IMG/VR virus record: IMGVR_UViG_3300034061_001913 | Location: 1 to 64,000 of that record | Direction: 5' to 3' (one strand) | DNA length: 64,000 bases | DNA from: a virus | Shown: piece after piece, positions 1 through 8,747 of the stretch | Numbering within the stretch: position 1 is the stretch's first letter | How the letters are laid out: each line of letters starts with the position of its first letter | Notes under the pieces: generated by a model | What the model saw: the letters and a program-made list of their open reading frames with translations, nothing else | Told to the model about the DNA's origin: nothing | Databases searched by the model: none | Program-made: the position numbers and the translations under genes

Positions 1-67
1 GTAAAGGCATAGGCTGTTTTTGCTTTTAAATCGAAAATATTAACAAAAAAACTATAAACTATAAAAT

Positions 68-253
68 ATGAAAAAGTTTGCAACAATCATGGCAGCATTG
101 TCTGCTTCATTTTGTGTTTTAAGCATCAGACAATTTTCTCTAGAAGGCATGGCTTATTCTGGAGTTTATCTTTTTCTTTCATTCATCACTGCAGCGACTA
201 CTGTGCTTTACATAGCTGCTGCAATTAATATGTATCTTGACGAAAAAGATTAA
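68..253 (+). CDS. small membrane protein
   Basis: 61 aa ORF with two hydrophobic stretches and an A-rich leader. Confidence 0.6.
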   Translation: MKKFATIMAALSASFCVLSIRQFSLEGMAYSGVYLFLSFITAATTVLYIAAAINMYLDEKD

Positions 254-718
254 AGACTATTCTCTATGTCATTAGTTTGGGGTAGAGGATCTAAGCAATA
301 TTCAAAGGACAAGAAATATTGCCGTTTCCATTTTGAGTTTTTGTTTTCATATCTAGGAAAAAAGCCTGCTCCCGTAGTCCAGGGAGTAGGTTACTTTTAC
401 AATGAACTACAAACTATATATCAGAATCAGGAAACAAGCTCCAGTTTTTACAGTTACCAGACTAGCTAGTAATGAAATCAGAGATTATTACTACAAACTT
501 CAAAAGATAATCAAACTAACAAAATCACAAAAAAAACTAATAATACTCTAGAAATGAACAAGACAAATTACCACACACAGAAAAACATTTCTTCTATCTC
601 AGCTAGAAGAGCATCAGACAATGAAATAGCAGTAGCTACTTCAAGCAAGTCTAAAAAGTCAGACAAAAAACTTACAGATTCATTTGTAAGTAAATCAGGA
701 ATTCGCTATTTTTAAACC

Positions 719-1087
719 ATGAAAAAGACCTTAATGATCGTTGTCATCTCTATGATGATGGATTTAGTTAGTGCTCAGTTTATAAGACAGGACCATTTGC
801 TACATGCAAGTGGTTCTGCTTGTCTTTCTGGCTTAACGTATTGTGCCGTATTTAAAGCAACAAATAACATCACACTATCTACTGTATCCTCTATTGGATT
901 ATCTTTAAGTGTAGGGGCTCTAAAAGAGTTTCATGACATGAAAAAGTACAATTCAACATGGAAACAAAGTGGTGGAGATATGGCTTTTAACATATTAGGT
1001 ACTTTAGGAAGTGTTTACACTATACGTTATACTTTTAAAGGATATAAAAAGCCGGTTAGGCAATTTGTTCCTTTAAGATATAATTAA
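719..1087 (+). CDS. YfiM/DUF2279-like membrane protein
   Basis: signal-like N-terminus; DHLLH...KEFHD...DMAFN pattern. Confidence 0.55.
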   Translation: MKKTLMIVVISMMMDLVSAQFIRQDHLLHASGSACLSGLTYCAVFKATNNITLSTVSSIGLSLSVGALKEFHDMKKYNSTWKQSGGDMAFNILGTLGSVYTIRYTFKGYKKPVRQFVPLRYN

Positions 1088-1097
1088 TAAAACAAAT

Positions 1098-1195
1098 AGT
1101 CAGGTGGCGGGGTCGCCAATGGAGACTCGTTAAAAGGAAAGATACCACATTGAGACGGTGGTAAATGCCATACAGTTTCGAATCTTGTCCGACTA
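1098..1195 (+). ncRNA. degenerate tRNA-like element interrupted by an HNH gene
   Basis: 5' AGTCAGG-TG; ACAGT-TTCGAAT-CTTGT T-arm-like segment; imperfect CCGACTA 3' end; the perfect complement CCTGACTA lies at 1691-1698. Confidence 0.5.
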
Positions 1196-1233
1196 GGTAA
1201 AAGATAAGGAGAGATGAAATACTCTCTCCTACT

Positions 1234-1265
1234 TTTGCTTTTTAATTTGAAAGTTCGTATATTTG
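1234..1265 (+). promoter_or_regulatory. Bacteroidota sigma70-type promoter of the HNH gene
   Basis: TTTG (1234-1237), 20 nt spacer, TATATTTG (1258-1265); ATG at 1274. Confidence 0.6.
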
Positions 1266-1273
1266 TGACTACA

Positions 1274-1684
1274 ATGGAAAGATTTTTTAACAAAGTAGAA
1301 AAAACAGAGTCTTGCTGGCTATGGACAGCAGGATTAAGAGGTAAAACAGGATATGGTGCTTTTAAATTAAATGGTAAAGTTGTAGATGCACATAGAATTT
1401 CTTATGAACTTCACAACGGAATAATACCGAAGGGAATGCACGTATGTCACATTTGTGATAATAGAAAATGTGTTAATCCTAATCATTTGTTTTTAGGAAC
1501 TCCTAAAGATAATTGGAAAGATGCCTTTAATAAAGAAAGAATAAAACTTTTGGGAGGAATTGATATTGAAAAACTTAAAAAACATCCAAGCAGAGGTGCT
1601 TATTTGAGAGGGTGTAGATGTGATGAATGTAAGGCTATCAATAATATGATGGTTAAAAGATATAGACAAGGGTTAAAAAAATAA
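1274..1684 (+). CDS. HNH homing endonuclease (HNH_3-like)
   Basis: CWLWT...GYG...AHRISY...[16 protein letters not shown]...N motif; start moved to ATG 1274, downstream of the promoter. Confidence 0.9.
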   Translation: MERFFNKVEKTESCWLWTAGLRGKTGYGAFKLNGKVVDAHRISYELHNGIIPKGMHVCHICDNRKCVNPNHLFLGTPKDNWKDAFNKERIKLLGGIDIEKLKKHPSRGAYLRGCRCDECKAINNMMVKRYRQGLKK

Positions 1685-1725
1685 TCCTGTCCTGACTACA
1701 TTATTAACTTTAAAACCAAAACAAT

Positions 1726-2514
1726 ATGAAAAACATACATATATTACCAACAGAAAAACCAAGTTACTTATACAAAATGAGTGACAATAAATTACGTTTA
1801 TCTGATTTACTTGAAAAAGGAAGTTCTGCTTGGATAAACCAACACATCTACATCACTTCTGATGAAGAAATTAAAGAAGGTGATTGGTTTTTTAATGGTG
1901 AACATATATTACAATGTTCAGATGTTACTGACATTATTATAGATACAGAAGGTCAATGGAGTACTATTGAAGACTGTAAAAAAATTATCCTAACAACAGA
2001 CCAAGACTTAATTGCAGATGGTGTTCAAGCTATTGATGATGAGTTCTTAAAATGGTTTGTTCAGAATCCAAGTTGTGAGTGGGTTGAGGTTGAAAAAGGT
2101 TATTTGGGTATGTGCGGTTTTGTAAAATCAAGTGAACCAATATCAAAAGATAAATTACATTACAAAATAATCATTCCACAAGAAGAACCTAAACAAGAAA
2201 CTCTTGAAGAAGCTGCTCAAAAGCATTTAAATGAAAAGTATCGAGGGGGTGGTTATTTAGGTAATTTGTTCATCGCGGGTGCTAAATGGCAAGCTGAAAA
2301 TATGCCTATTCACATATTAGATGTTGAAAACACTTATGTACACATTAAAGATGGTGTAATAATAGTTGAAAAAAATGACAAAACTGAAAGAATGTATAGT
2401 GAGGAAGACATGATTTCTTTTGCGATATTTTATTATACACATCAAGGTAAAGCTACTGAATACTGGGGTAAAGATTTATTTAAAGAATGGTTTGAACAAT
2501 TTAAAAAGAAATAA
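1726..2514 (+). CDS. modular hypothetical protein (paralog of 14164-15036)
   Basis: shared blocks IYITSDEEIKEG, ILTTD.DLI, QAIDD.FL.WF..NPSCE, YKIIIPQE, EQFKKK. Confidence 0.8.
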   Translation: MKNIHILPTEKPSYLYKMSDNKLRLSDLLEKGSSAWINQHIYITSDEEIKEGDWFFNGEHILQCSDVTDIIIDTEGQWSTIEDCKKIILTTDQDLIADGVQAIDDEFLKWFVQNPSCEWVEVEKGYLGMCGFVKSSEPISKDKLHYKIIIPQEEPKQETLEEAAQKHLNEKYRGGGYLGNLFIAGAKWQAENMPIHILDVENTYVHIKDGVIIVEKNDKTERMYSEEDMISFAIFYYTHQGKATEYWGKDLFKEWFEQFKKK

Positions 2515-2667
2515 TATGAAAACAGTATTTATCATCTTTGCAATTTTATTTATAATCAGCATGCTTTGTATGTATTTAGTAGAAGACTATAGAAAAGGAA
2601 TTGTTTATAAAGGATTTTTAGGAAGATTGCAAAACATAATTAAACATTAAACAAAAAAAGAAATACT

Positions 2668-3009
2668 ATGGAAAAAAGAAAATTCACACAAAAGGAAGAC
2701 ACTGTAATTTTGAAAAACATTGCAATGTATCCTAACAATTTAGCTGCGTCTTTTGACAAATCTTCTGAAGATTTGGGAAGAAGCGCAAGCTCTTGTTCTG
2801 GTAGGTATTATTCTACACTTAGAAATGAATCAACTGTTATAGCGGTTGCTTCTAAAGGAGGAATGCATACCTTAAACAACCAGAAAAATTCACGAAGAGT
2901 TTCCGATACAAAACTAAGCCAAGAAGACCGCTTGGAATTAGTTAAGGAAATGATTCAAACAATGAACCGGTCTATGAAAAAAGAGATCGTGAAGATCTTG
3001 TTTTATTAA
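2668..3009 (+). CDS. Myb/SANT-like DNA-binding protein
   Basis: FTQKED.VIL...LGRS.SSC..RYY pattern. Confidence 0.5.
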   Translation: MEKRKFTQKEDTVILKNIAMYPNNLAASFDKSSEDLGRSASSCSGRYYSTLRNESTVIAVASKGGMHTLNNQKNSRRVSDTKLSQEDRLELVKEMIQTMNRSMKKEIVKILFY

Positions 3010-3010
3010 A

Positions 3011-4420
3011 ATGGCAAGTGTAGACTTAAAGTTTGAGGTTGGGGATCTAGTTATCCCCAACTCTTGTGTTTTTAAAAATGATGAGTGTAGAATTGTAATA
3101 GCTTATTCAGCTTCGGCATTTATTGAAACTTTTAATTCTGATAAATTTGGTAGAGGACATACAGGAGGTGGCACAATCTCTGAAAACAATGGTTGGAACT
3201 ATAATTTAACTGATTTAGTTCATTCTTTTAGATATGGCTTTAAAATAGGAGACAGAGTAAAAACTCCTAACGGTATAGGAATTATCAAGTGTTTTTACAA
3301 ACAATTTGGCACTCTTGGTGTAGCACATGATGAAGTTGTCAGAGGTGGCCATACTATAAATGGCTATTGTGATCAAGGTTATGGACGTTTCTATGCTAAA
3401 GACGAGTTAAGCCACTTTACAGAAGAACCTAAAACAACTAAAGAATCAGAACTTCCATTTAAAGTTGGAGATAGGGTAGAAATAAAGCCTGGTTACAAGA
3501 ATGGATCCTCTGTAGGAGTGGTTAAAAAAATAAAAAACCAATTATTTACATCACCTAGTTATGGAATTGAATTTTCTCAATATGATTCATTTCGTCATGA
3601 TTTAGATGGTGATTGTGCAACAGGTTATGGTTGGTATTATCATGAGCATGAATTAAAACTAGTAACACCAGAAAAAAGATTTAGTGTAGGCCAAAAAGTA
3701 ACTTACAAATCAGACTCATCATTACCAAGAGGTTACAGATATGGAGGTGAAGACCAAGGAGGATTTGTAGGAGAAATTAAAAACTATGTAGAGTTTGTAT
3801 CAGACTATAACTGTTATAAGATTGGCGTAACAGAAAAAAAAGGAAGTGTTTACTCTATGCTTGAAAGTGAGTTTGAAGATTATCTTGATCCTACTTTTAC
3901 TGCTAAAAAAGTATCTATTTCTGCATCTGCATCTAAACCTACAGAAAGATTTAAAATAGGCGATAAGGTTACTTATAAACCTACAAAAAGTCTTCCTGGT
4001 AGTTGCTACCATTTTGGTGGATACGATGAAGGTCTCTTTGTAGGTACTATAAAATACTATGGTTCTTATTATCCAGAGTACGGTTGTTACTCAATAGACG
4101 TAAGTACTAAATACGATGGTATTTATACTATGCTTGAATCTGAGTTCTTTGAGTATGATAGTATTGTTACTAGTTACACAACTATAGGTAGCGATTCTGT
4201 ATCATATTATGGAACTACTGGAGTTTTTGGAGCTACTGGAGCTGTTGTAGGTACTGGAAGTACTGAAGTAAGTGCAAGTATGTGGGGTGGAATAATGGAA
4301 GAAGATTTTAAGAAACGTGACGAAGCCAAAAAACAAGATTTATCAGACTATATTCAGGCTCCTAGTGTGCCAAAGAAGAAAAGCACAAAAAGAAAATTAG
4401 TTATCGTTGACAGATTTTAA
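3011..4420 (+). CDS. protein with five tandem SH3/KOW-like modules
   Basis: repeats starting FEVGDLV, FKIGDRV, FKVGDRV, FSVGQKV, FKIGDKV. Confidence 0.7.
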   Translation: MASVDLKFEVGDLVIPNSCVFKNDECRIVIAYSASAFIETFNSDKFGRGHTGGGTISENNGWNYNLTDLVHSFRYGFKIGDRVKTPNGIGIIKCFYKQFGTLGVAHDEVVRGGHTINGYCDQGYGRFYAKDELSHFTEEPKTTKESELPFKVGDRVEIKPGYKNGSSVGVVKKIKNQLFTSPSYGIEFSQYDSFRHDLDGDCATGYGWYYHEHELKLVTPEKRFSVGQKVTYKSDSSLPRGYRYGGEDQGGFVGEIKNYVEFVSDYNCYKIGVTEKKGSVYSMLESEFEDYLDPTFTAKKVSISASASKPTERFKIGDKVTYKPTKSLPGSCYHFGGYDEGLFVGTIKYYGSYYPEYGCYSIDVSTKYDGIYTMLESEFFEYDSIVTSYTTIGSDSVSYYGTTGVFGATGAVVGTGSTEVSASMWGGIMEEDFKKRDEAKKQDLSDYIQAPSVPKKKSTKRKLVIVDRF

Positions 4421-4474
4421 TTTACTAGAAAACAAAAAAACAAACAAAAACTTAAAAAACAAAAAACAAAAATC

Positions 4475-4816
4475 ATGAACAAAGTATCAAATTTCATCAA
4501 AGAAGTAACTGCCCGTTTGAAGGGTGACGAAGCAGGTGTCGTAGCTGCAAAAGTTGAACGTAAAGCACAAAGTGCTATTAACGGCCAATTGGCTGCTCTT
4601 AGAGCAAAATTGGTTGACGATGAGACTGCAGTAGAAGACGCTGAAGAAGCTTTCAACACAGCAGTATTCCCAACTAGTGTGTTTACGGACAACCGTCACT
4701 ATGTGACTCAAATCCAATCAGCAAACACTAAATTGGAAGAAGCGAAGGACCAACTTGAAGCTACCAAAGAAGCTATTGCTTTCTTTGAAAAGCTTGTAGC
4801 TGAGAACTTCGACTAA
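4475..4816 (+). CDS. coiled-coil hypothetical protein
   Basis: 113 aa, Ala/Glu/Lys-rich; long A-rich leader; terminator follows. Confidence 0.8.
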   Translation: MNKVSNFIKEVTARLKGDEAGVVAAKVERKAQSAINGQLAALRAKLVDDETAVEDAEEAFNTAVFPTSVFTDNRHYVTQIQSANTKLEEAKDQLEATKEAIAFFEKLVAENFD

Positions 4817-4850
4817 TCATTGACCGGTTTTTATTTTATTATTTAGTAGG

Positions 4851-4887
4851 TATGGGGATTTCTTCGGAGGTCCCCATATTTTTATTT
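4851..4887 (+). terminator. intrinsic terminator
   Basis: TATGGGGA...TTCG...TCCCCATA stem followed by a T-rich tract. Confidence 0.75.
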
Positions 4888-4974
4888 GGTCAGATAGCTA
4901 CTATGTAGCAGTACATCCTGATTGTACTATAAAACTTTAGTTTTATGTGGGGGAGGAACCCACTCTGATCACCA
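4888..4974 (+). tRNA. non-canonical tRNA-like cloverleaf (nominal anticodon CTG, long variable arm, encoded CCA)
   Basis: acceptor GGTCAGA/TCTGATC + A + CCA; D stem GCTA/TAGC; anticodon stem GTACA/TGTAC with 7-nt loop; variable stem ATAAAAC/GTTTTAT; T stem GTGGG/CCCAC with 7-nt loop GGAGGAA. Confidence 0.7.
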
Positions 4975-5062
4975 ATTTATTTCTCAAAAATCTTGCAAGA
5001 CTTGGTAAACCCAAAAATGCCCTCTTGTAAGACACGATACCCTTAACCCTAATAGAAAAAAA

Positions 5063-5110
5063 CAAACACTAAAACACTAAAACACTAAAAAACTAAAACA
5101 CTAAAACACT
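5063..5110 (+). repeat. 8-bp tandem repeat (AAAACACT) x6
   Basis: six units, two of them imperfect, ending immediately before ATG 5111. Confidence 0.9.
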
Positions 5111-5524
5111 ATGAAGAACAAATACAGAAAACCAAAGAAAATCGTTATCATTAACGGTAAAAAACATTTAGCAATCAGAGAAAGAAACTTTATTCCTCCT
5201 AAAGAGGAACCAACAAGAGCTACTCAAGAGTATGCTCTTCCTAAACATACTTCTCTTTTTGTAAAGATTCTAGAAGGAACCATTGAACAGAACTTAGAAT
5301 TCTATTTTAAAAAGATAGAAGTTAACTATAATTTGTTCAGAGAAGAAGCTTCAGCTAAATTACTAGCTGGAGACTATGAAGGTGCTAAACTTCTAGTAGA
5401 AAAATCTAAAGACCTAGAGAAAATACTTAAATCTTCTGCAAGCAAAGCAAAGATTACTTTAATGAGTATTCTTTTTTTGAACTTTGACAAACTAACTAGC
5501 GAAATCGTAAGCCGGTTAGATTAA
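5111..5524 (+). CDS. hypothetical protein
   Basis: 137 aa ORF with a basic N-terminus. Confidence 0.7.
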   Translation: MKNKYRKPKKIVIINGKKHLAIRERNFIPPKEEPTRATQEYALPKHTSLFVKILEGTIEQNLEFYFKKIEVNYNLFREEASAKLLAGDYEGAKLLVEKSKDLEKILKSSASKAKITLMSILFLNFDKLTSEIVSRLD

Positions 5525-5536
5525 CAATCTTTCATA

Positions 5537-5568
5537 GTTACCCCTTTCAGGTAGTGCTGGGGGGTAAC
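5537..5568 (+). terminator. GC-rich hairpin, probable terminator
   Basis: GTTACCCC...GGGGTAAC directly after a stop codon. Confidence 0.55.
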
Positions 5569-5682
5569 AATTTAATTTAAAAACGAATGTTAAACCGAAG
5601 AACAACAGTTGATATTAGCACCAAACCGCCACTTTTGGCAATCTGCTGTTATACGCTGTTTTTCTTCACAAATTAAAATAAG

Positions 5683-5874
5683 ATGCCAGATATTACAATG
5701 TGTACTAATAAAGAATGTCCGCTTTCATATAGTTGTTGGCGGTTTAATTGTCCACCGAGCCAATATGCTCAAAGCTATCAAAAGTTTGAACCGCAGATTG
5801 ATGAAGTGTTGGACGAAGTAGAATGTAAGTTTTACATTAAACCACCTGATGAAGTATGGTCGTCTGCAAAATAG
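5683..5874 (+). CDS. small Cys-rich phage protein (MPDITMC type)
   Basis: C-x4-CP-x4-CWRF...QSY...C pattern. Confidence 0.75.
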   Translation: MPDITMCTNKECPLSYSCWRFNCPPSQYAQSYQKFEPQIDEVLDEVECKFYIKPPDEVWSSAK

Positions 5875-6070
5875 CGTATAATGTTATCGGGCTTGGCGAT
5901 GTTGCCGAACACAAATGTTATTAGGATTACAAAACTTTAAATTATAGATAAAATGTCAAACGAAGAACTGAACGGCAATATTGCCAAACCCGTGTTATAT
6001 GAAGTGCCGAGTTATTAAAAACAAAACTTAATTAGATGAACGAAACAGAAAAACAAAAAGAAAAAAAGCG

Positions 6071-6400
6071 ATGGAAAATACACTGAAAATACCAACTAAT
6101 TGCCCTTATTGCGGACAATTAGTAAATTACTTAAACCATAAACATCATTTGTATATGTATTGTACAAATGAAAAACCAAAAACACTACTTGATGGATTAG
6201 TAAAGAAAGAAATATTGAAAATTAAATACGATTACAACTGCAAACATTACTTTGGTATTGTATCTGCCGAAAGCGAAGAAGAAGCAAAAAAAATATTGCA
6301 TAAAGACCATACTGGGAATGGGGATAAGCTATGTAATTGGAGTAAAACAACAAAAAACGATTGTCAAACAAAATGTCAACTAACTTTAAAAATAAAATAA
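6071..6400 (+). CDS. zinc-ribbon hypothetical protein
   Basis: CPYC...YMYC. Confidence 0.55.
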   Translation: MENTLKIPTNCPYCGQLVNYLNHKHHLYMYCTNEKPKTLLDGLVKKEILKIKYDYNCKHYFGIVSAESEEEAKKILHKDHTGNGDKLCNWSKTTKNDCQTKCQLTLKIK

Positions 6401-6401
6401 T

Positions 6402-6800
6402 ATGAAAACAAGTGAATTAAGAATTGGTAATTACATTAAATTGATGCTGAACGATGAAGATTTTGCAATCGTTCAAGTTACTTTGAATGACTTAGAAGCT
6501 GTCGATAATAAAAAAGGTGTTTATGAGCCAATGCCATTAAAAGAAGAATGGTTATTAAAGAATAAATTTTTTGTAGAAAAATTTGATTATAGCATACCTA
6601 TTTCAGATTGTGAAGTCGTATGGCTTACTTTGATACCACAGGATGAAGAGTGTACTGCGTATTCAGTTTGCGTTACCCAAACAGATGAAGATGAACTTGA
6701 CCAAAATGTATTTTTATCCGACATAAGCTATGTTCATCAATTACAAAACTTATACTTTGCATTAACTGGTAAAGAATTAGACTATGAAGAAGAATTTTAA
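6402..6800 (+). CDS. conserved Bacteroidota-phage hypothetical protein
   Basis: ELRIGN N-terminus and YVHQLQNLYFALTG.EL C-terminus. Confidence 0.8.
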   Translation: MKTSELRIGNYIKLMLNDEDFAIVQVTLNDLEAVDNKKGVYEPMPLKEEWLLKNKFFVEKFDYSIPISDCEVVWLTLIPQDEECTAYSVCVTQTDEDELDQNVFLSDISYVHQLQNLYFALTGKELDYEEEF

Positions 6801-7086
6801 AAGTGCGGTGGCTTTTTTCTTTTTGTTTTTCCTTCACGGAACTTCAATTGGAACACGTCAGCAAGGCATTTCATATAACTTGCGGCTTTGCGCTACCCCC
6901 TCTTTTTCTATCATTATAAAAGAAATAAAAAATAAATGAAAACGAACTTTAAAAAACCGCTAATCATTGTTTTAATAGCAATATGAAAGTAGAAGAAAAA
7001 GAAGTATGGAAAGAATGGCAAAAAAGTGACAAAAGAGAACAATAATAAATCAAACAAACAATTAAAAACAATTAAAAACAAGTATT

Positions 7087-7644
7087 ATGACAAACACAAC
7101 AAACACACAAAACCCAGTAGTTGCTATCGGAGCATGGATTAACCCTAATGCAACTCTTCGTCCCGTAAGCGTGATGATGGAACAAAAAGGCGAACCTACT
7201 AACCTTATTGGTTTTATGCTAGGTCAAAAGAATCGCAGAGTAGTTACTGTTTCTTTCACAGAAGAAGTAGCTAATGCTATTGGTATTAACGTTGACGACT
7301 TAGGCAACGGTTACGATAACGTAACTCCAATTAATATCAACATGAGTGCTATTCTTCCTTTCCCAGTTAAAATTCGTATCGTAGAATCTACAGATGCGAA
7401 ATGGGCCGAAGAAAACTATGCTTCTATCAAGAAAGCAGGTAAAGACGGTGCAGAACTAATTACTGCTGATGGAGAAAACATCTATCGTAAGCAGGAATTT
7501 GTTCAAGTTGCAGAAGACGGTTCTAGCGATGACATTCTTGTTTCTCACATTCCTGTGAAAGACATGAACATTGACTTGAAAGAGTCTACTGTAAAAGCTA
7601 CCGGTAAAGCTACAGCTAAGCTTGAGCCAAGTCCAGTATTTTAA
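7087..7644 (+). CDS. conserved crAss-like protein, possibly ssDNA-binding
   Basis: 185 aa beta-rich; K.AG..G...G.NIYR...D..V.H; function is a guess. Confidence 0.55.
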   Translation: MTNTTNTQNPVVAIGAWINPNATLRPVSVMMEQKGEPTNLIGFMLGQKNRRVVTVSFTEEVANAIGINVDDLGNGYDNVTPININMSAILPFPVKIRIVESTDAKWAEENYASIKKAGKDGAELITADGENIYRKQEFVQVAEDGSSDDILVSHIPVKDMNIDLKESTVKATGKATAKLEPSPVF

Positions 7645-7672
7645 TCTAACCTTATTAGATTAACCAATTAAC

Positions 7673-7775
7673 ATAGCTACTGTAGTCTTTTGATTACAGT
7701 AGCTATTTTAACCCTAAACAATAAAACATTTCATAGTGTTTAAGATAGTAGTAGTAATTTTGCTACTACTATCTT
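7673..7775. repeat. two adjacent long hairpins
   Basis: ATAGCTACTGTAGTC/GATTACAGTAGCTAT (7673-7706) and AAGATAGTAGTAGTAA/TTGCTACTACTATCTT (7742-7775). Confidence 0.8.
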
Positions 7776-7796
7776 CCTGTGTAAAAATCTTATATA

Positions 7797-7961
7797 ATGT
7801 TTACTTTACAGATAACAAAAGAAACCAAAAAGGCTATAGAAAAAGAAATTTTATCTTTAGAAGATAAGATTCGCTATAGACCTGTAGAGTTCGTAAGAGA
7901 ACAAATTGCTAAAAAAGAACTCTTACAAGAGTTGCTAATACATGCTATTATTTTAGATTAA
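7797..7961 (+). CDS. small hypothetical protein (not in ORF track)
   Basis: 54 aa ORF MFTLQITKETKK... Confidence 0.55.
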   Translation: MFTLQITKETKKAIEKEILSLEDKIRYRPVEFVREQIAKKELLQELLIHAIILD

Positions 7962-7972
7962 AAACTAATGTT

Positions 7973-8182
7973 ATGCTAAATAAATTGATTAAAAACAACC
8001 CAATAATACAAAAGCTTAAGTTTTTTGGTAAAAAGCCAGAAATCAAAGAAGCTGAAAAATTTGAAGATTGGTTTTCTCGTTTAAACCCAGACTACAATTT
8101 TGAACAAGGTCAGTTTAATGAATTCCAACTTAACATAAGAAAACAGACTTATAAAAATTATGGTAATACAGAAGATAACTAA
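7973..8182 (+). CDS. hypothetical protein
   Basis: 69 aa ORF in operon context. Confidence 0.6.
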   Translation: MLNKLIKNNPIIQKLKFFGKKPEIKEAEKFEDWFSRLNPDYNFEQGQFNEFQLNIRKQTYKNYGNTEDN

Positions 8183-8747
8183 AAACTTAGAGGTTAAAGA
8201 TATTACTTCGGGTTGGAAATGGAAAAACAGACTAATTTGGTTCCTAATAGGAGCCATTTTTGTTTTATCCTCTCATACTGTTTACAGGGCTTTTAATCCT
8301 GTGGTGTGTAGGACTGTAGAAAAAGACAAGTTAATGCTTCAAATGTATGATTCTATGGCTTTACAGCTTAAAGTTCGTAGCTTTAGAGACTCTGATTTAA
8401 CAGAGAAAAGTCTTTTTACTTATGTTGAGCTAATCGGTTGTACTCATCCTTATGAAACTACAGCTCAAGCTTTGTATGAGTCAGGAAATTTCTCGCTTAA
8501 AAGTTCTGCTAGGTACAACAATCTGTTTGGATTTAGAGATCAAGATTATTTAGTATTCAAACATTGGACTTATTGTGTAGATTTTATGGTTAAAAACTAT
8601 CAGGTCAAGCACAGATTAACTAAAGATTTAGATTATTATGCCTGGATACCTAAATCCTACCATGGAGTAGAAAGAGCTGTTTATAACAAAGGAGTTCATT
8701 ATATTGAACTCAAACTAAGACAAAAATATGGAAAAATCCTGGATTGA
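8160..8747 (+). CDS. membrane-anchored glucosaminidase (GH73-like) domain protein
   Basis: N-terminal TM helix; AQALYESG...NNLFG motif. Confidence 0.65.
   Translation: MVIQKITKNLEVKDITSGWKWKNRLIWFLIGAIFVLSSHTVYRAFNPVVCRTVEKDKLMLQMYDSMALQLKVRSFRDSDLTEKSLFTYVELIGCTHPYETTAQALYESGNFSLKSSARYNNLFGFRDQDYLVFKHWTYCVDFMVKNYQVKHRLTKDLDYYAWIPKSYHGVERAVYNKGVHYIELKLRQKYGKILD

Larger units (their letters stand above)
5648..6895 (+). mobile_element. two attC-like gene cassettes
   Basis: each unit starts GTTAT.. and ends ..ATAA(C/T) with 15-bp terminal inverted repeats; the units are joined by an imperfect palindrome at 5877-5999. Confidence 0.55.

Noticed and set aside
4888-4974. Suppressor or selenocysteine tRNA
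   Set aside because: The centred anticodon is CTG, not CTA or TCA, and the acceptor stem is 7 bp
5609-5821. 70 aa ORF with TTG start
   Set aside because: Overlaps the better-supported MPDITMC gene and runs through the cassette boundary
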